Notes under the pieces: generated by a model
Databases searched by the model: none
The model's input: the letters and a program-made list of their open reading frames with translations, nothing else
Told to the model about the DNA's origin: nothing
Source: a virus
DNA: 56,049 bases
Reading direction: 5' to 3' (one strand)
IMG/VR virus record: IMGVR_UViG_3300031520_000003
Coordinates: 1 to 56,049 of that record
Made by a program: the position numbers and the translations under genes
Shown: piece after piece, positions 41,531-51,318 of the stretch
Position numbering within the stretch: the first letter of the stretch is position 1
Layout: the number at the start of each line of letters is the position of its first letter

Positions 41531-41840
41531 CTTGTCCCTCTTTCTGTTTGTTTGCTGGTTCAAACGTGATGCTCGCATGGAAACCGTCGGCAAACGTGAG
41601 CGTATAGGTGTGGTGGTTTCCTGGCTTGAATTCCTTCCACGTCTGTTGTGATGCTTCCTCGGGAGGGACTTGAAGGATTTCAGACGGTATCACAAGTTGT
41701 GTCACTGACTCAACAGATCGATTGAGGTCATGAATCAGCCAGTATTTGATCGTTCGAAAGTATCCCCAGTCCTCGTGGTTCAGACACTCTTGTGCTACCT
41801 GTGCCTCTAGCCAGTTTCCTTGTTGTGGAATATCAGCCAT
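41523..41840 (-). CDS. hypothetical head-tail region protein
   Basis: ATG 41840 follows AGGAG. The ORF is open from 41915. Confidence 0.55.
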   Translation of the reverse strand: MADIPQQGNWLEAQVAQECLNHEDWGYFRTIKYWLIHDLNRSVESVTQLVIPSEILQVPPEEASQQTWKEFKPGNHHTYTLTFADGFHASITFEPANKQKEGQDG

Positions 41841-41841
41841 A

Positions 41842-42234
41842 TTACGTCTCCTGTGTGATGATCGGGTCTCTGGACACCAGCGCGAGTCGTACTGCCTCAA
41901 AGGTGCTCGGCCCAACCGGGTCGATCACAAAGTAGGTCACGTTCGCAACGATGACGCGATCATCTGTCTGCACATCAGCCCCTCTCGGGAACAGGATGTG
42001 TTTGAGCACTTTGCCCGCCAATTGATCGCCCACGACTCGCTCTTGTGGCAAGCGCAGCAGATCAAGCACCGCGCAGGGCGACGTTGCGACGGGCGTTCCC
42101 GTTGTACTGGTGTCGCCACCAGAGGAATCAGGCACTCTCGTATGCCGCATGATGCTTGCCGTGTCCGTCATAAACAGATCGAGTGCAAGATCGCTGAAAC
42201 TCTGCAAGTCCGCAGCCGTAAGGAAAGCCATCAC
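41842..42234 (-). CDS. head-tail adaptor / head closure protein
   Basis: Size, position and a ...DRVIVANVTYFVID... pattern typical of the Phage_H_T_join family. Confidence 0.55.
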   Translation of the reverse strand: MMAFLTAADLQSFSDLALDLFMTDTASIMRHTRVPDSSGGDTSTTGTPVATSPCAVLDLLRLPQERVVGDQLAGKVLKHILFPRGADVQTDDRVIVANVTYFVIDPVGPSTFEAVRLALVSRDPIITQET

Positions 42235-42698
42235 ATCACCTCATTGCCGCTATACGGAAATGGCGGCAATCCGTACGGAAAATCGGGCTCCAGGTAATCG
42301 AGTGGCACACGTCCCATCTGCAATCCAGACTTGCTGCCAACGGCATAGCCGAGATTGGCACACTCCGCCTCTGCCTCCTCCAAGAGTTGCTGCACTTGCT
42401 TGAAAGCCTGAGATCGCAACGCTTGCAGTGATCCTGCAATCTGCACATCGAAGCGTATCGACAAGAGCCGAGAAAACCGCCGCAAGGCGTAGTAGTTGAG
42501 CAAAGCCAGGTACACCGTGATCTGACTTTGCGGCACATCAGTCGTCGCCAGCACGTCCTCGGTGTAGCCAAGTTGGCGTAAGCTCATATCTACGGCGAAA
42601 GTGTAGGCATCGCTCGTTTGCTGCGTCGTGAATTTGACCTCAGTGACCAACTCTGCATATTCCGTGGTGAGGATCGCGGTTGCGGCAGTGCGATTCAT
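42231..42698 (-). CDS. head-tail connector (gp6-like)
   Basis: Follows the capsid gene and is coupled to the adaptor gene. Confidence 0.5.
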   Translation of the reverse strand: MNRTAATAILTTEYAELVTEVKFTTQQTSDAYTFAVDMSLRQLGYTEDVLATTDVPQSQITVYLALLNYYALRRFSRLLSIRFDVQIAGSLQALRSQAFKQVQQLLEEAEAECANLGYAVGSKSGLQMGRVPLDYLEPDFPYGLPPFPYSGNEVM

Positions 42699-42701
42699 CG
42701 G

Positions 42702-42932
42702 TTATGCCTTGATCGGGTCGCCGTTGCAGTTAACGAGCACACCCCCGACGAGATACTGCCCGCCTTCCGGTCCTTCATCAAGTCGCTTGTCTGAGTTTTC
42801 AGGTGCAGCCTGCTTGCTTGGTTGTGCCTCTGGTGGGACGCTTTGACCGCTTGGCACATTCGCACCGCTCTGTGCGGTTGCAGCCTGTGTCTCTGTGGGT
42901 GGTGTCGGCTCTTTGGATGCTGTATCAGCCAT
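42702..42932 (-). CDS. hypothetical Pro/Gln-rich protein
   Basis: 76-aa ORF between the capsid and connector genes. Confidence 0.5.
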   Translation of the reverse strand: MADTASKEPTPPTETQAATAQSGANVPSGQSVPPEAQPSKQAAPENSDKRLDEGPEGGQYLVGGVLVNCNGDPIKA

Positions 42933-42998
42933 AGTTCCCTCAATTTTTCCTGTGTCAAAATGTGCTAGCTCACATGAGCGAACAATGATAAGCCTGTG

Positions 42999-44069
42999 TT
43001 AGTAGCTTGCCGGAGCCTGGTACGTCGCATTGTTGAGACATAATACTGCCCCGTTTGTGCGTTCCTGCACGCCAACGCCAAACTCGCGCTCCATGTACTG
43101 CGCGTGCAGGGGATACTGGTCGAGCTCCGCCGCGATATGCAGATCGCCTGAGACTCCATCGCGTGTGCGCCTGGCTAATGGCTTACGCTGATTGGGATTG
43201 AAGGCAAACATGTAGTTCGCAGGTATCCACGGTTTGACCCACACTTCAGCAGCTCCAAGCACGCCAATCGCACGGTTGTAGACATTCATCATGTTCAATG
43301 GAGCTTCACCAACCGATTGCGTGGTCTGTGGGATGATGCGGGTATCGACATAGGGCGTAAAACCAACGCCCGCCGACGTTCCTGCTAAACTTCTGACAAA
43401 TGCCTCTGAACCCTGGTTGATATACACCTTCACCGCGCCATCGTTGTAGTGCTCAAGCACCGTTGCGATGAGCCCAAGCACGTCTGCCAGCGCTGGTGTC
43501 GCGGTTGCCAGATAGTGCGTGTGCGTTGCGGGATTGAACACATTTCCATACGGGTCCGCTGGAATTTGTGTTCCATCGGCGTTGAGCAGTGCTCGAAGCG
43601 GCAGGTTCAGGTTATCGACCAGCCGATCCAGGTAGTTCAAGTTGTTGACCGGATTGAAAAATGCTTTCTTCAGCTCGGTCTGGATGCGTCGCACATCGGC
43701 GGTCATGGCGGCAGTGACTTGTCCAGCCAGTTCCGCCACGGTATGCGTTTGCTGGTATTTCTTGGTCCACTGCAAGCCAATTTGATAGAGCTTGAGCGGA
43801 AAGCCGACATTGACGCCTGGGAGGAGTTTCTGCACATCAGGCGAGCTAAACTCGTCGCCTTCGATCATTTGCATTGCATCGACGCCCCCATAGCGTCGTA
43901 AGCGATCGGTGGTGTCCTCGGCCAGATCGCCAAGCATCATCTGCACGATCTCGTTGTGCGCATTGAGGTACTGCTGGATTGCGCGGTAGGCGTTGTCTTC
44001 GCCGTATGCTGCAATATATTGCCGATTCGCAGCAAGGGTATCAAGAATTTGTAAGGTGCCGTATGCCAT
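42999..44069 (-). CDS. major capsid protein
   Basis: 356 aa, preceded by the scaffold and decoration genes and followed by connectors. Confidence 0.75.
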   Translation of the reverse strand: MAYGTLQILDTLAANRQYIAAYGEDNAYRAIQQYLNAHNEIVQMMLGDLAEDTTDRLRRYGGVDAMQMIEGDEFSSPDVQKLLPGVNVGFPLKLYQIGLQWTKKYQQTHTVAELAGQVTAAMTADVRRIQTELKKAFFNPVNNLNYLDRLVDNLNLPLRALLNADGTQIPADPYGNVFNPATHTHYLATATPALADVLGLIATVLEHYNDGAVKVYINQGSEAFVRSLAGTSAGVGFTPYVDTRIIPQTTQSVGEAPLNMMNVYNRAIGVLGAAEVWVKPWIPANYMFAFNPNQRKPLARRTRDGVSGDLHIAAELDQYPLHAQYMEREFGVGVQERTNGAVLCLNNATYQAPASY

Positions 44070-44100
44070 CTCTGGTTATCCTTTCAGTGCAGACAGCACA

Positions 44101-44499
44101 TTAGTAACTCTTGCGTACCCAAATGCGGGTGTCGTCAATGATTCGTCCGATGACCGTTGTGCCGCCGAGCGAGGTGGCGGTATCCAGGCCACCAGGAACG
44201 GTGCCGGAGAGGTAGAGTGAGGTTCCAGGCGTGAGACCTGCACCATAGCGGAAGTTGACGTGCCAATAGAGCGTCAACACCTCATTGAGATTCGCCCCTG
44301 TTGCAGCAAAGCCATCGACGGCGGCAGCGGCATTGGCGGCAGCTCCATTGGAACGATAGAGTTTGTTGTCAGCGGAGTTGATGTAGCAGGCGTCCCCCGC
44401 GGCAATGGCCTCGCCTGCTTGCAGACCGGACAACCGCACAACGGGAGGCGGGACAGCGTTGGAGAGCGAGGGTATTCCTGTTTTGGTGATAGCAGCCAT
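44101..44499 (-). CDS. DUF2190-like head decoration / cement protein
   Basis: EAIAAGDACYINSADNKLY ... GLTPGTSLYLS pattern. Confidence 0.6.
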   Translation of the reverse strand: MAAITKTGIPSLSNAVPPPVVRLSGLQAGEAIAAGDACYINSADNKLYRSNGAAANAAAAVDGFAATGANLNEVLTLYWHVNFRYGAGLTPGTSLYLSGTVPGGLDTATSLGGTTVIGRIIDDTRIWVRKSY

Positions 44500-44519
44500 A
44501 CGGCTACTCCTTTACGATG

Positions 44520-45113
44520 TTAGAAACTGTTGTAGAACCCGCTGCCGAGCATCTTGTTCTTGATCTCATCGTTACTGGGAGCGGATGCGCTCGGCTTGGG
44601 ATTTGGGCTATTGCCTGGCTGCATGCCACGTTGCTGCTGTGCGAAACGCTCTGCTAAGGGCTTGAGCTTCTCAAGTGAGGCAAGACGCTCCTCAACTGGC
44701 GTCTCTTTGCCAGGAACGAGCGATTTGACCTCATCAGGCCATGAGCTTATTTGTTCTTTGATCTGCTCATGCACCAGGTCAGAGAGTTTCGTGTAGCGTT
44801 CTATCGTTGGCTCAAGCTCTTTGACGCGTGCTTCGTGTTTCTCGGCAAGCTGTTTGAATTCGCCTTGTTCCTTCAAGCGGTGTTGCTCAGCCGCCTGGGC
44901 TGCAGCTTCTTGCTCTTTGTTCTTGGCACGATGCCTGGCGTTTTCATTGCGTAATTCGGTTATCTGTCGCTGCAGATCATCCTGCGACGCGTGTTGTTGT
45001 TGACTGTTGGAAGAGTTCTGATCCACCTGGGATGCAGAGGTGGCCGCCTGGGCCTGGAGGTCCGCTCCGCCCGATGCCTGACCGTGCGCAGTGGAAGTAT
45101 CGTTGTTATTCAT
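44520..45113 (-). CDS. capsid scaffolding protein
   Basis: Gln/Glu-rich coiled coil (QRQITELRNENARHRAKNKEQEAAAQAAEQHRLKEQ), upstream of the capsid genes. The ORF is open from 45158. Confidence 0.7.
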   Translation of the reverse strand: MNNNDTSTAHGQASGGADLQAQAATSASQVDQNSSNSQQQHASQDDLQRQITELRNENARHRAKNKEQEAAAQAAEQHRLKEQGEFKQLAEKHEARVKELEPTIERYTKLSDLVHEQIKEQISSWPDEVKSLVPGKETPVEERLASLEKLKPLAERFAQQQRGMQPGNSPNPKPSASAPSNDEIKNKMLGSGFYNSF

Positions 45114-45172
45114 AAGATACCATACCTTTCTTGTCTTGTCAAGATGTTGTACGTACAAGTAAACTGAGAGTG

Positions 45173-45370
45173 TTATTCTTCTCTCATCTCTAGTGCCTTG
45201 TGCACTTCAGCACGCACAAAGGCGCGGAGGTCGTTATCCGTTGCAAAAACGGTTCTACTCTGCTCAAATCCCTCGCGTATCGTCTCCGCAATCAATGCCT
45301 TGAGTACCTGCTTACTCGTCTCAGTGATTTCATAGGTGAGGGGTACGACCATTTCTGGTATCTTCGCCAT
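45173..45370 (-). CDS. hypothetical protein
   Basis: 65-aa ORF. Confidence 0.5.
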   Translation of the reverse strand: MAKIPEMVVPLTYEITETSKQVLKALIAETIREGFEQSRTVFATDNDLRAFVRAEVHKALEMREE

Positions 45371-45546
45371 TATTTTTCTGCTTTCTTCACTGGCTTCGGC
45401 TTGTTTCCCTTGAGCCGAAGGTCTTTCTTGGTTCCAGGGTTCGGTTTGCCTCCCATGTTTCCCTTCTTTCTTGTGTAATTTTATGTTCTAAATTCTCATA
45501 TGCCGCACATATCAGTACTTAGTCGTTATATTTATATTTGCTTGTT

Positions 45547-45864
45547 TTATACGTCTTCGCCTTTGATCTCTTCATAGGCGAGAATGTCCATCTCCACCTG
45601 ATGGACGCGCTGTATTGATCGTAGAGGCTTGTTATCATCAGCACGAAGCACTGTGCCTCGATCACTCATCTCGACCAGGGTCAATTCAGCTTTTATCAGC
45701 TCTTCGGGTATCAGAGTAAGCACGATCTTCTCGATATTTGGGATCATCTCGCCCGTTTCCAGGTCGATGATCGACGTTTTGTAGCCAATACCGTCAGGAC
45801 CGTTGATCTTGATGCGTCGGTAGCGTTTCTGACTCACTGTTCTCTCTTTTCTTCTCATAGGCAA
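45547..45864 (-). CDS. hypothetical protein
   Basis: 105-aa ORF. Confidence 0.55.
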   Translation of the reverse strand: MPMRRKERTVSQKRYRRIKINGPDGIGYKTSIIDLETGEMIPNIEKIVLTLIPEELIKAELTLVEMSDRGTVLRADDNKPLRSIQRVHQVEMDILAYEEIKGEDV

Positions 45865-46033
45865 TCATACAGATGGAATAGCAGTAGTCACACACAGAGC
45901 GCTTGATGCCCTCGATCTCGCCCGCGAAATGGGCATGACTGGCGCAGATCGGGTCATCGCAGAGGTGACAATACGTGGCTGATGCCTGTTTGCATTCGGT
46001 GCATGGAGGCGGTTTTGAGTGTGGAAAGGTCAT
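45794..46033 (-). CDS. Cys/His-rich zinc-binding protein
   Basis: CTEC...CHLCDDPICASHAH...CDYC. Confidence 0.5.
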   Translation of the reverse strand: MTFPHSKPPPCTECKQASATYCHLCDDPICASHAHFAGEIEGIKRSVCDYCYSICMIAYEKKRENSESETLPTHQDQRS

Positions 46034-46314
46034 CTGTCTTCTCTCATGTTCCTTTCGTATCCCTTCATTTGTTGTTGCTGTCTGCGAGACATGCCGACCT
46101 CTTCACTTGCCGCCTTGAGCAGTGATGCCGCCAAAGGACAGGCGTGAATGGCATCGTACGGTTGCTGCTTGTGCGCGCATTCTCGCGCCACCAGGTCTTG
46201 TGCCAGGACGTAGCCTTCGTCAAGCACGTTCTCAATCTCCATACCAGCGTCATACAACTCTTGCATGAACGGCTGGAGAAGGGAGACGAGTTGTTCAGTC
46301 TCCTCTGTTGTCAT
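46030..46314 (-). CDS. hypothetical protein
   Basis: ATGA overlap with the stop of 46311..46901. The ORF is open from 46368. Confidence 0.5.
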   Translation of the reverse strand: MTTEETEQLVSLLQPFMQELYDAGMEIENVLDEGYVLAQDLVARECAHKQQPYDAIHACPLAASLLKAASEEVGMSRRQQQQMKGYERNMREDR

Positions 46315-46901
46315 GCATTCTGTCCCTTTGCCAGAGCTTGTAACGTTGACTCTTCCTGTCTTAGCCATGCCAGGAGTGACAAGGCTTGTTGCGCATCGAG
46401 AGAGACGTGATTACTTTCAATGTCTCCATACCCGCCATTGATGACAATACCTCTCCACTCGGACTCAAGATACACAGGGCTATACTCTGCCTTCGCATGC
46501 GTCCATGTGTTCTCCCCTGCATCGAGGGTGCCATCATGCGTCTTTTCGCTCACTGCTGTTTCCCTCCCTTGTGCTTGACGCTTTTCCGCAGCGTAGAGAT
46601 CACTCCAATCTTGTGTGAGCCACTCTTGAGATGAGGAGTGGACCGAGAACTCTCCACGTTCATTCTCCACGAGAACCAGTTTGACGAGTCGTCCCGTATG
46701 AAACGTGAAGGACCATGAGTGACACGCGCACTTGACACCATCTATCTCTCGTAGTGTCATGGGTTTCCCCACCATTTCCTTGATATCCTCAAAGGACCAT
46801 CCTTCCACCAGAACGATGTACCATGTGAGGAACCGAATGATCGGCTGCTCTTTCTTCTCGCGAAAGAACTCTAAACTAGACTTGCCTTGTAGTGCTGCCA
46901 T
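46311..46901 (-). CDS. hypothetical protein (portal-adjacent)
   Basis: ATG 46901 follows AGGAGG. The ORF is open from 47051 inside the portal gene. Confidence 0.6.
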   Translation of the reverse strand: MAALQGKSSLEFFREKKEQPIIRFLTWYIVLVEGWSFEDIKEMVGKPMTLREIDGVKCACHSWSFTFHTGRLVKLVLVENERGEFSVHSSSQEWLTQDWSDLYAAEKRQAQGRETAVSEKTHDGTLDAGENTWTHAKAEYSPVYLESEWRGIVINGGYGDIESNHVSLDAQQALSLLAWLRQEESTLQALAKGQNA

Positions 46902-48594
46902 TGGACACCTCCTGTGTATTCCCATTCGACTGCTGCTGATCTTGCCCTTGTTGTGACTGATTCGGCGGTGCTTGCTGCTGCTGCTGTTTGGCTTGCGCAA
47001 TCTGTAACGTCTTGTCTTGTTGTGCCTGGGCTTCCTTCTTTTGTGCATCAAGCAGCGTCTTCAGCTCTGCCAATTCCTCATCCGTCCATCCCTCATCTTT
47101 GAGCACAAATTCCAGTGGCACTCCGGCAGCCACGGCCAGACTCACGCCTTGCCACATCGCCATCTTCTCGTTTGCCACCTCAAGCTTCGTCGGCACGAGC
47201 AAGGGACGAGGCATAATCGCCATGTCGAGCTTGCCCGATGCGTAGCTGTCCAAATCGAACGGCAAGAACTTTTGTTGTTGCGGCGTGAGCGTGCCCCACG
47301 CACGACTGTTCGCTCGGAACCCTGCAATAGCGACGGCCATTCTGAACAGCGACATGGTGCCCTGATCGTAGGCCGCCATCGTTTCAATGACCCTGCTTGC
47401 AACATCGCCAGAGAGACGTGCAGCTGCTGGGCCTGTTACTTGCGACATCGAGCGCAACTCTTTGTAAAACGTCAACTCCGGGTGATCTTGCTCAATCTCC
47501 AGGAGTAACTGCTGCATGTAGCCAGCTGCATCAGACAGGTTCAACTCTCCAGTCAGACTGTCCACATGTCCATCGGCTGAGCCTTTCCACATGAGGACGT
47601 TTTCTTCTTCACCAGCTTGCGGTGTATCGAATTCGTTGGTGATGCCTCGCTTTTTGGTGTTGAAAAGGTTGCCAATGGCATCACTGGACCAGACAATCAT
47701 CGGGGCCCCAATTTTCTTGTGTATCTGGTCATGCACATGGGAGGCCAGGTTGTTCAGTTCGTCGATCTTGCCGATGGAGCCGGAGATGAGGGGACTGCCA
47801 TGATCGCCGCCAACATCGAGCGGTTTAATCCAGACCGCAGGAACGAAACCATACGGATGTTCCAGGACTGCGCCATTGCCGAAATCGTAGGGGTCGCCAT
47901 CGCGGAAATAGCGGATCTGCTGCTGATCGACCTCTTTGCGGTAGAGATAGGAACCGCGTTCGTCCTTCGTGGGATACTGGATGGCATAGCTTTTGGCGTT
48001 GCCTGCCCCATCCAGCACCAGGTCATACACAAAGCCAGGCCACACAATGTCGGCGGTGACTTTGCCATGCTCTAAATCATCCACGACTTCGATCAGCACG
48101 CTGCCCAGGGCACCTCCAAAACGCACTTGGCGCGCTTTCATGGCTTGCCAGTTGCTCCACTGCCAGAATTGCGCGATGGCATCCTTCAAGGCGTGCGGCG
48201 TGTCCTGTGAGAATGGAATAGCGAGCGGCACACCGTCGGGGAGGGACGAGCCATCTTCTGAGAGCATGCCTGGATAGATTTGCCCTGCGTAAAAATCGAC
48301 GAGTCGTTTGGTGGGATTGTAGATCATGCGGATATTGCGATAGAGGTTGTAGTTGCTCTTGTAGCCAGCCCAGGGGTTGAGCGCGTAGTTTTGGTACCGG
48401 TTCATGACCTGAATCGTGCGGTCAAACATGGCGTTATTGTAGTACGACCAGAGCAGTTGGTACTGTGTCGCCTGGTTATAAAACGCCTCTTGTTGGTAAG
48501 CGGTGGCCGGGTCTTCAAACACCCTGCGAGCGGTAACATATCCGGCTTGAATACCGGCGATCCCTGCTGTTATCATTTGGTTGATCAATCCCAT
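46876..48594 (-). CDS. portal protein
   Basis: 572 aa, immediately downstream of the large terminase, with an acidic/Gln-rich C-terminus. Confidence 0.85.
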   Translation of the reverse strand: MGLINQMITAGIAGIQAGYVTARRVFEDPATAYQQEAFYNQATQYQLLWSYYNNAMFDRTIQVMNRYQNYALNPWAGYKSNYNLYRNIRMIYNPTKRLVDFYAGQIYPGMLSEDGSSLPDGVPLAIPFSQDTPHALKDAIAQFWQWSNWQAMKARQVRFGGALGSVLIEVVDDLEHGKVTADIVWPGFVYDLVLDGAGNAKSYAIQYPTKDERGSYLYRKEVDQQQIRYFRDGDPYDFGNGAVLEHPYGFVPAVWIKPLDVGGDHGSPLISGSIGKIDELNNLASHVHDQIHKKIGAPMIVWSSDAIGNLFNTKKRGITNEFDTPQAGEEENVLMWKGSADGHVDSLTGELNLSDAAGYMQQLLLEIEQDHPELTFYKELRSMSQVTGPAAARLSGDVASRVIETMAAYDQGTMSLFRMAVAIAGFRANSRAWGTLTPQQQKFLPFDLDSYASGKLDMAIMPRPLLVPTKLEVANEKMAMWQGVSLAVAAGVPLEFVLKDEGWTDEELAELKTLLDAQKKEAQAQQDKTLQIAQAKQQQQQAPPNQSQQGQDQQQSNGNTQEVSNGSTTRQV

Positions 48595-49959
48595 CTAATA
48601 GCCTCTATAGTTGTTCAGGTCGGTCACAAGATCACTGTCGAGCTCTGCCATTTCTCCCAATCCTGCGTCAACATGAGCCACGGCATACCGAGCGGTATCG
48701 AGTGCGTGGTTATTCTCGTCCACCGGAACTTCCTTCACAGGCTTTCCGTCTTTGGCTTGCGGCCACACGTAGGCGTCGATCTCCTGCTCAAAACAGTACG
48801 GCTTGTGCGCCTGCTCTAAGGTCTCATCGCGCTCGCGAAGTGCATATTCGTAGACACAGAAGCGCGGGCGTCCATCTGGGCAGGGCTTCAGTCTGGTCGC
48901 GAGATAATTGATACCTGGCACAATCTCGTTTGATGCCCCTTTCGCATGAAGCCCATGCGTGTTGAATTGCTGAATATAGGCGGGTTCCGATGGATCACAC
49001 GCCCAATGCTCAATGCCGAATTCCTGCGTGAGCAGGTGTGCTTGCGCAATCCACCAATCAATCGTGCGCTTTGTGCGATAGACCTCACACAGCTGATACA
49101 TCCTGCCATCGTAATCAATGGCGTAGACCTGCAAGCAGCCAGGATTGGTATAGCCCCAGTCCGCAGCACCGAGCACGTGACGAACCGCTGTGCGATTGAG
49201 TGAACCATTGGAGTACAGGATGTTCCATGCAACGAGGTGTGCGTGCGTGACCAGGTGAACAGGACGATTCCATTCTTCATAGACAAGTCCTTCAGCAGCC
49301 GCCCATCGTCCCAGATAATAGCGTTCATAACGCACGCCTGTCAGTGCCTTCAAGCGTGCTAATCGTTCTGGTGTGATCGAAGGGTTATCTTCATGACGAC
49401 TCTGGAGCATTTTTGTGCTCCCCCGATCACAGCGACGCTTGAGCCAGTGCGTTGGCGGACCAGGATTGCAGTCGCCCAGCAATTGCTGATACGGCATCGC
49501 CCCATTCCGCAGGCGCATACCCAGGATTTCCCAATCATTCTCGTTCAGTTCTGTCGCTTCCTGCGGATAGATCATGTCCCATTCTGAAGACAGCACTTTT
49601 TCGGCGTTATCCATGCCGCCAACGGCAAGAATGGAGCCATTGGGATATTCGTATTGCTGCTCTGTCGTATTGAAGCGAATCAGCTTGCCGAGCCAGCCGT
49701 GTGGAAGCACTTTCTTTTCATACGTCACCATTGCCGTTTGGCTGAGACTTGTTCGCGTCTTACGCACCATCAGGAGGCGAGCATTGGGATATTTGTCGGC
49801 GCAGTAATGCAGTTTCTCCAGGATACTTCTGCTCTTGCCCGTGTCAGCAGGTCCACAGAGGAGCAACTCAGGACGACGCGAACGCCATGCGAGACGCGAT
49901 GCGCCAAAGGGTTGGTAGGGAGCGCGTTCCTTTGGCCGTGAAAGCACAGCAGACGTCAT
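48595..49959 (-). CDS. terL: terminase large subunit
   Basis: Walker A LLLCGPADTGKS, ATPase and nuclease halves, 454 aa. Confidence 0.9.
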   Translation of the reverse strand: MTSAVLSRPKERAPYQPFGASRLAWRSRRPELLLCGPADTGKSRSILEKLHYCADKYPNARLLMVRKTRTSLSQTAMVTYEKKVLPHGWLGKLIRFNTTEQQYEYPNGSILAVGGMDNAEKVLSSEWDMIYPQEATELNENDWEILGMRLRNGAMPYQQLLGDCNPGPPTHWLKRRCDRGSTKMLQSRHEDNPSITPERLARLKALTGVRYERYYLGRWAAAEGLVYEEWNRPVHLVTHAHLVAWNILYSNGSLNRTAVRHVLGAADWGYTNPGCLQVYAIDYDGRMYQLCEVYRTKRTIDWWIAQAHLLTQEFGIEHWACDPSEPAYIQQFNTHGLHAKGASNEIVPGINYLATRLKPCPDGRPRFCVYEYALRERDETLEQAHKPYCFEQEIDAYVWPQAKDGKPVKEVPVDENNHALDTARYAVAHVDAGLGEMAELDSDLVTDLNNYRGY

Positions 49960-50459
49960 AGCTCCTCCTCAATTCCGTCATCATCGGGCGTGTTGATGTA
50001 TTCTTTGGGAGTCGTGGTCACGTTGAGAGTTGCGCTCTTGTCGCGGAACTCTGGCATGCGAGACTTGGCAAGGAGTGCTAAGAGGCTATCACTATACTTG
50101 GGCACAGTAAGAGGCTCATCATTGTGGTAGACAATCTTGCCCATACTCGTGACAAATTCATCTACTCCGTCGATGGCACGTCGCTTCATTTCGGCACGTA
50201 TCACATCATCAGCATCGGCGCGAGCTTGATGGTATTGGAACGAGAATTCCTGATCGTGTTCTTGCCACTCGTAGACCGTTGAGCGATGAATACCAGCAAC
50301 CTGACACGCATCTTTGATGGTGACGCACTCAGCTAATGCCTCCAAAAACGCATGTTGTGCAGCTTTGCGTTTCCGTGGTTTCAATGGCCCTGACTTGCGT
50401 GTGGGAGGTGTCGGAATGTCGGAATTCACGCTCAATTCTTCCTTCTTAGTGTTCCCCAA
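49956..50459 (-). CDS. terS: terminase small subunit (HTH)
   Basis: HTH IKDACQVAGIHRSTVYEW. Overlaps the terL start. Confidence 0.75.
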   Translation of the reverse strand: MGNTKKEELSVNSDIPTPPTRKSGPLKPRKRKAAQHAFLEALAECVTIKDACQVAGIHRSTVYEWQEHDQEFSFQYHQARADADDVIRAEMKRRAIDGVDEFVTSMGKIVYHNDEPLTVPKYSDSLLALLAKSRMPEFRDKSATLNVTTTPKEYINTPDDDGIEEEL

Positions 50460-50601
50460 ATGCGCGCAGACACGCCTTGCGGTAGGCGCGCTGCATCGCT
50501 TCCTCGTCTAGATCGACTGGAACTCGGGGTCGCCATCTCATACCGAGGCGTATCAGCAGTTCGCGCCATCCTCTACGCCTTTTGATCGTTGCTCGATACA
50601 T
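50446..50601 (-). CDS. hypothetical basic protein (51 aa)
   Basis: AGGAGG 5 nt upstream of ATG 50601; translated by hand (MYRATIKRRRGWRELL...). Confidence 0.4.
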   Translation of the reverse strand: MYRATIKRRRGWRELLIRLGMRWRPRVPVDLDEEAMQRAYRKACLRAFGEH

Positions 50602-50727
50602 CCGGTCCTCCTGTTGTGGCGACGACTCCGGCTCTCTCTGCTGCTCCCCGTCCTGCGACTCGCCTCACAAAGTGACTGGCAGAGAAAGAACCGTTGTCGT
50701 CTTGTTCGTCGTCGCCATGTGTTTCTC

Positions 50728-50940
50728 TTAGCAATGAGACCTCATCTCATGTAATGCATATGCGAGTGCTTCAAATGGTCCAGGAAAACCGCCTGTCACA
50801 CATGATTGGCCGTCCTGCTCAAATTGGCAACTCCATAAGATCACATCCGTCACATGTGCGTGTAACTGCACATCACGAAGAGGACCGTACTCATATGCTG
50901 AGCCTGCACGAAAATGCGGGTCTCGCTGTTCGTTTCGCAT
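50728..50940 (-). CDS. hypothetical protein (weak)
   Basis: The only same-strand ORF in this gap, with no clear RBS. Confidence 0.3.
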   Translation of the reverse strand: MRNEQRDPHFRAGSAYEYGPLRDVQLHAHVTDVILWSCQFEQDGQSCVTGGFPGPFEALAYALHEMRSHC

Positions 50941-50946
50941 GTCTCG

Positions 50947-51318
50947 TTACCCAAAAAAGCCGCAGAAGACGGTGCCTTGTGGCAACGCAGGCAGTGGCAC
51001 GATATACACAAAGCGTTGTGTCGCCTGATTGACGATCTGTGTCACGGTAGCGCGTTGCTGCACCAGTGTTCGCATGATTGAGCGAGACAGAGGCTCCAGG
51101 TCCTCTTCCGCGATGAACAGATATTTGGGGTCGGCGTCATGCTGGGCGTACAGTGTGGCGAACACCTCTTGTACGGACTCACACGTGACCTCTGGCAGCG
51201 TCACCATCGCGCTGTGGTAATCGCCAATGGTGTGCTGATCGGCGAGTTTCTGTGCAAGCATCTTGCGCGTCACCATCGGATATTCTGCTACATCTGTCTT
51301 TCGGTTGATGATCGTCAT
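50947..51318 (-). CDS. hypothetical protein
   Basis: ATG 51318 follows GGAGGAAGG-N6. The ORF stays open to GTG 51426 through the duplicated repeat. Confidence 0.55.
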   Translation of the reverse strand: MTIINRKTDVAEYPMVTRKMLAQKLADQHTIGDYHSAMVTLPEVTCESVQEVFATLYAQHDADPKYLFIAEEDLEPLSRSIMRTLVQQRATVTQIVNQATQRFVYIVPLPALPQGTVFCGFFG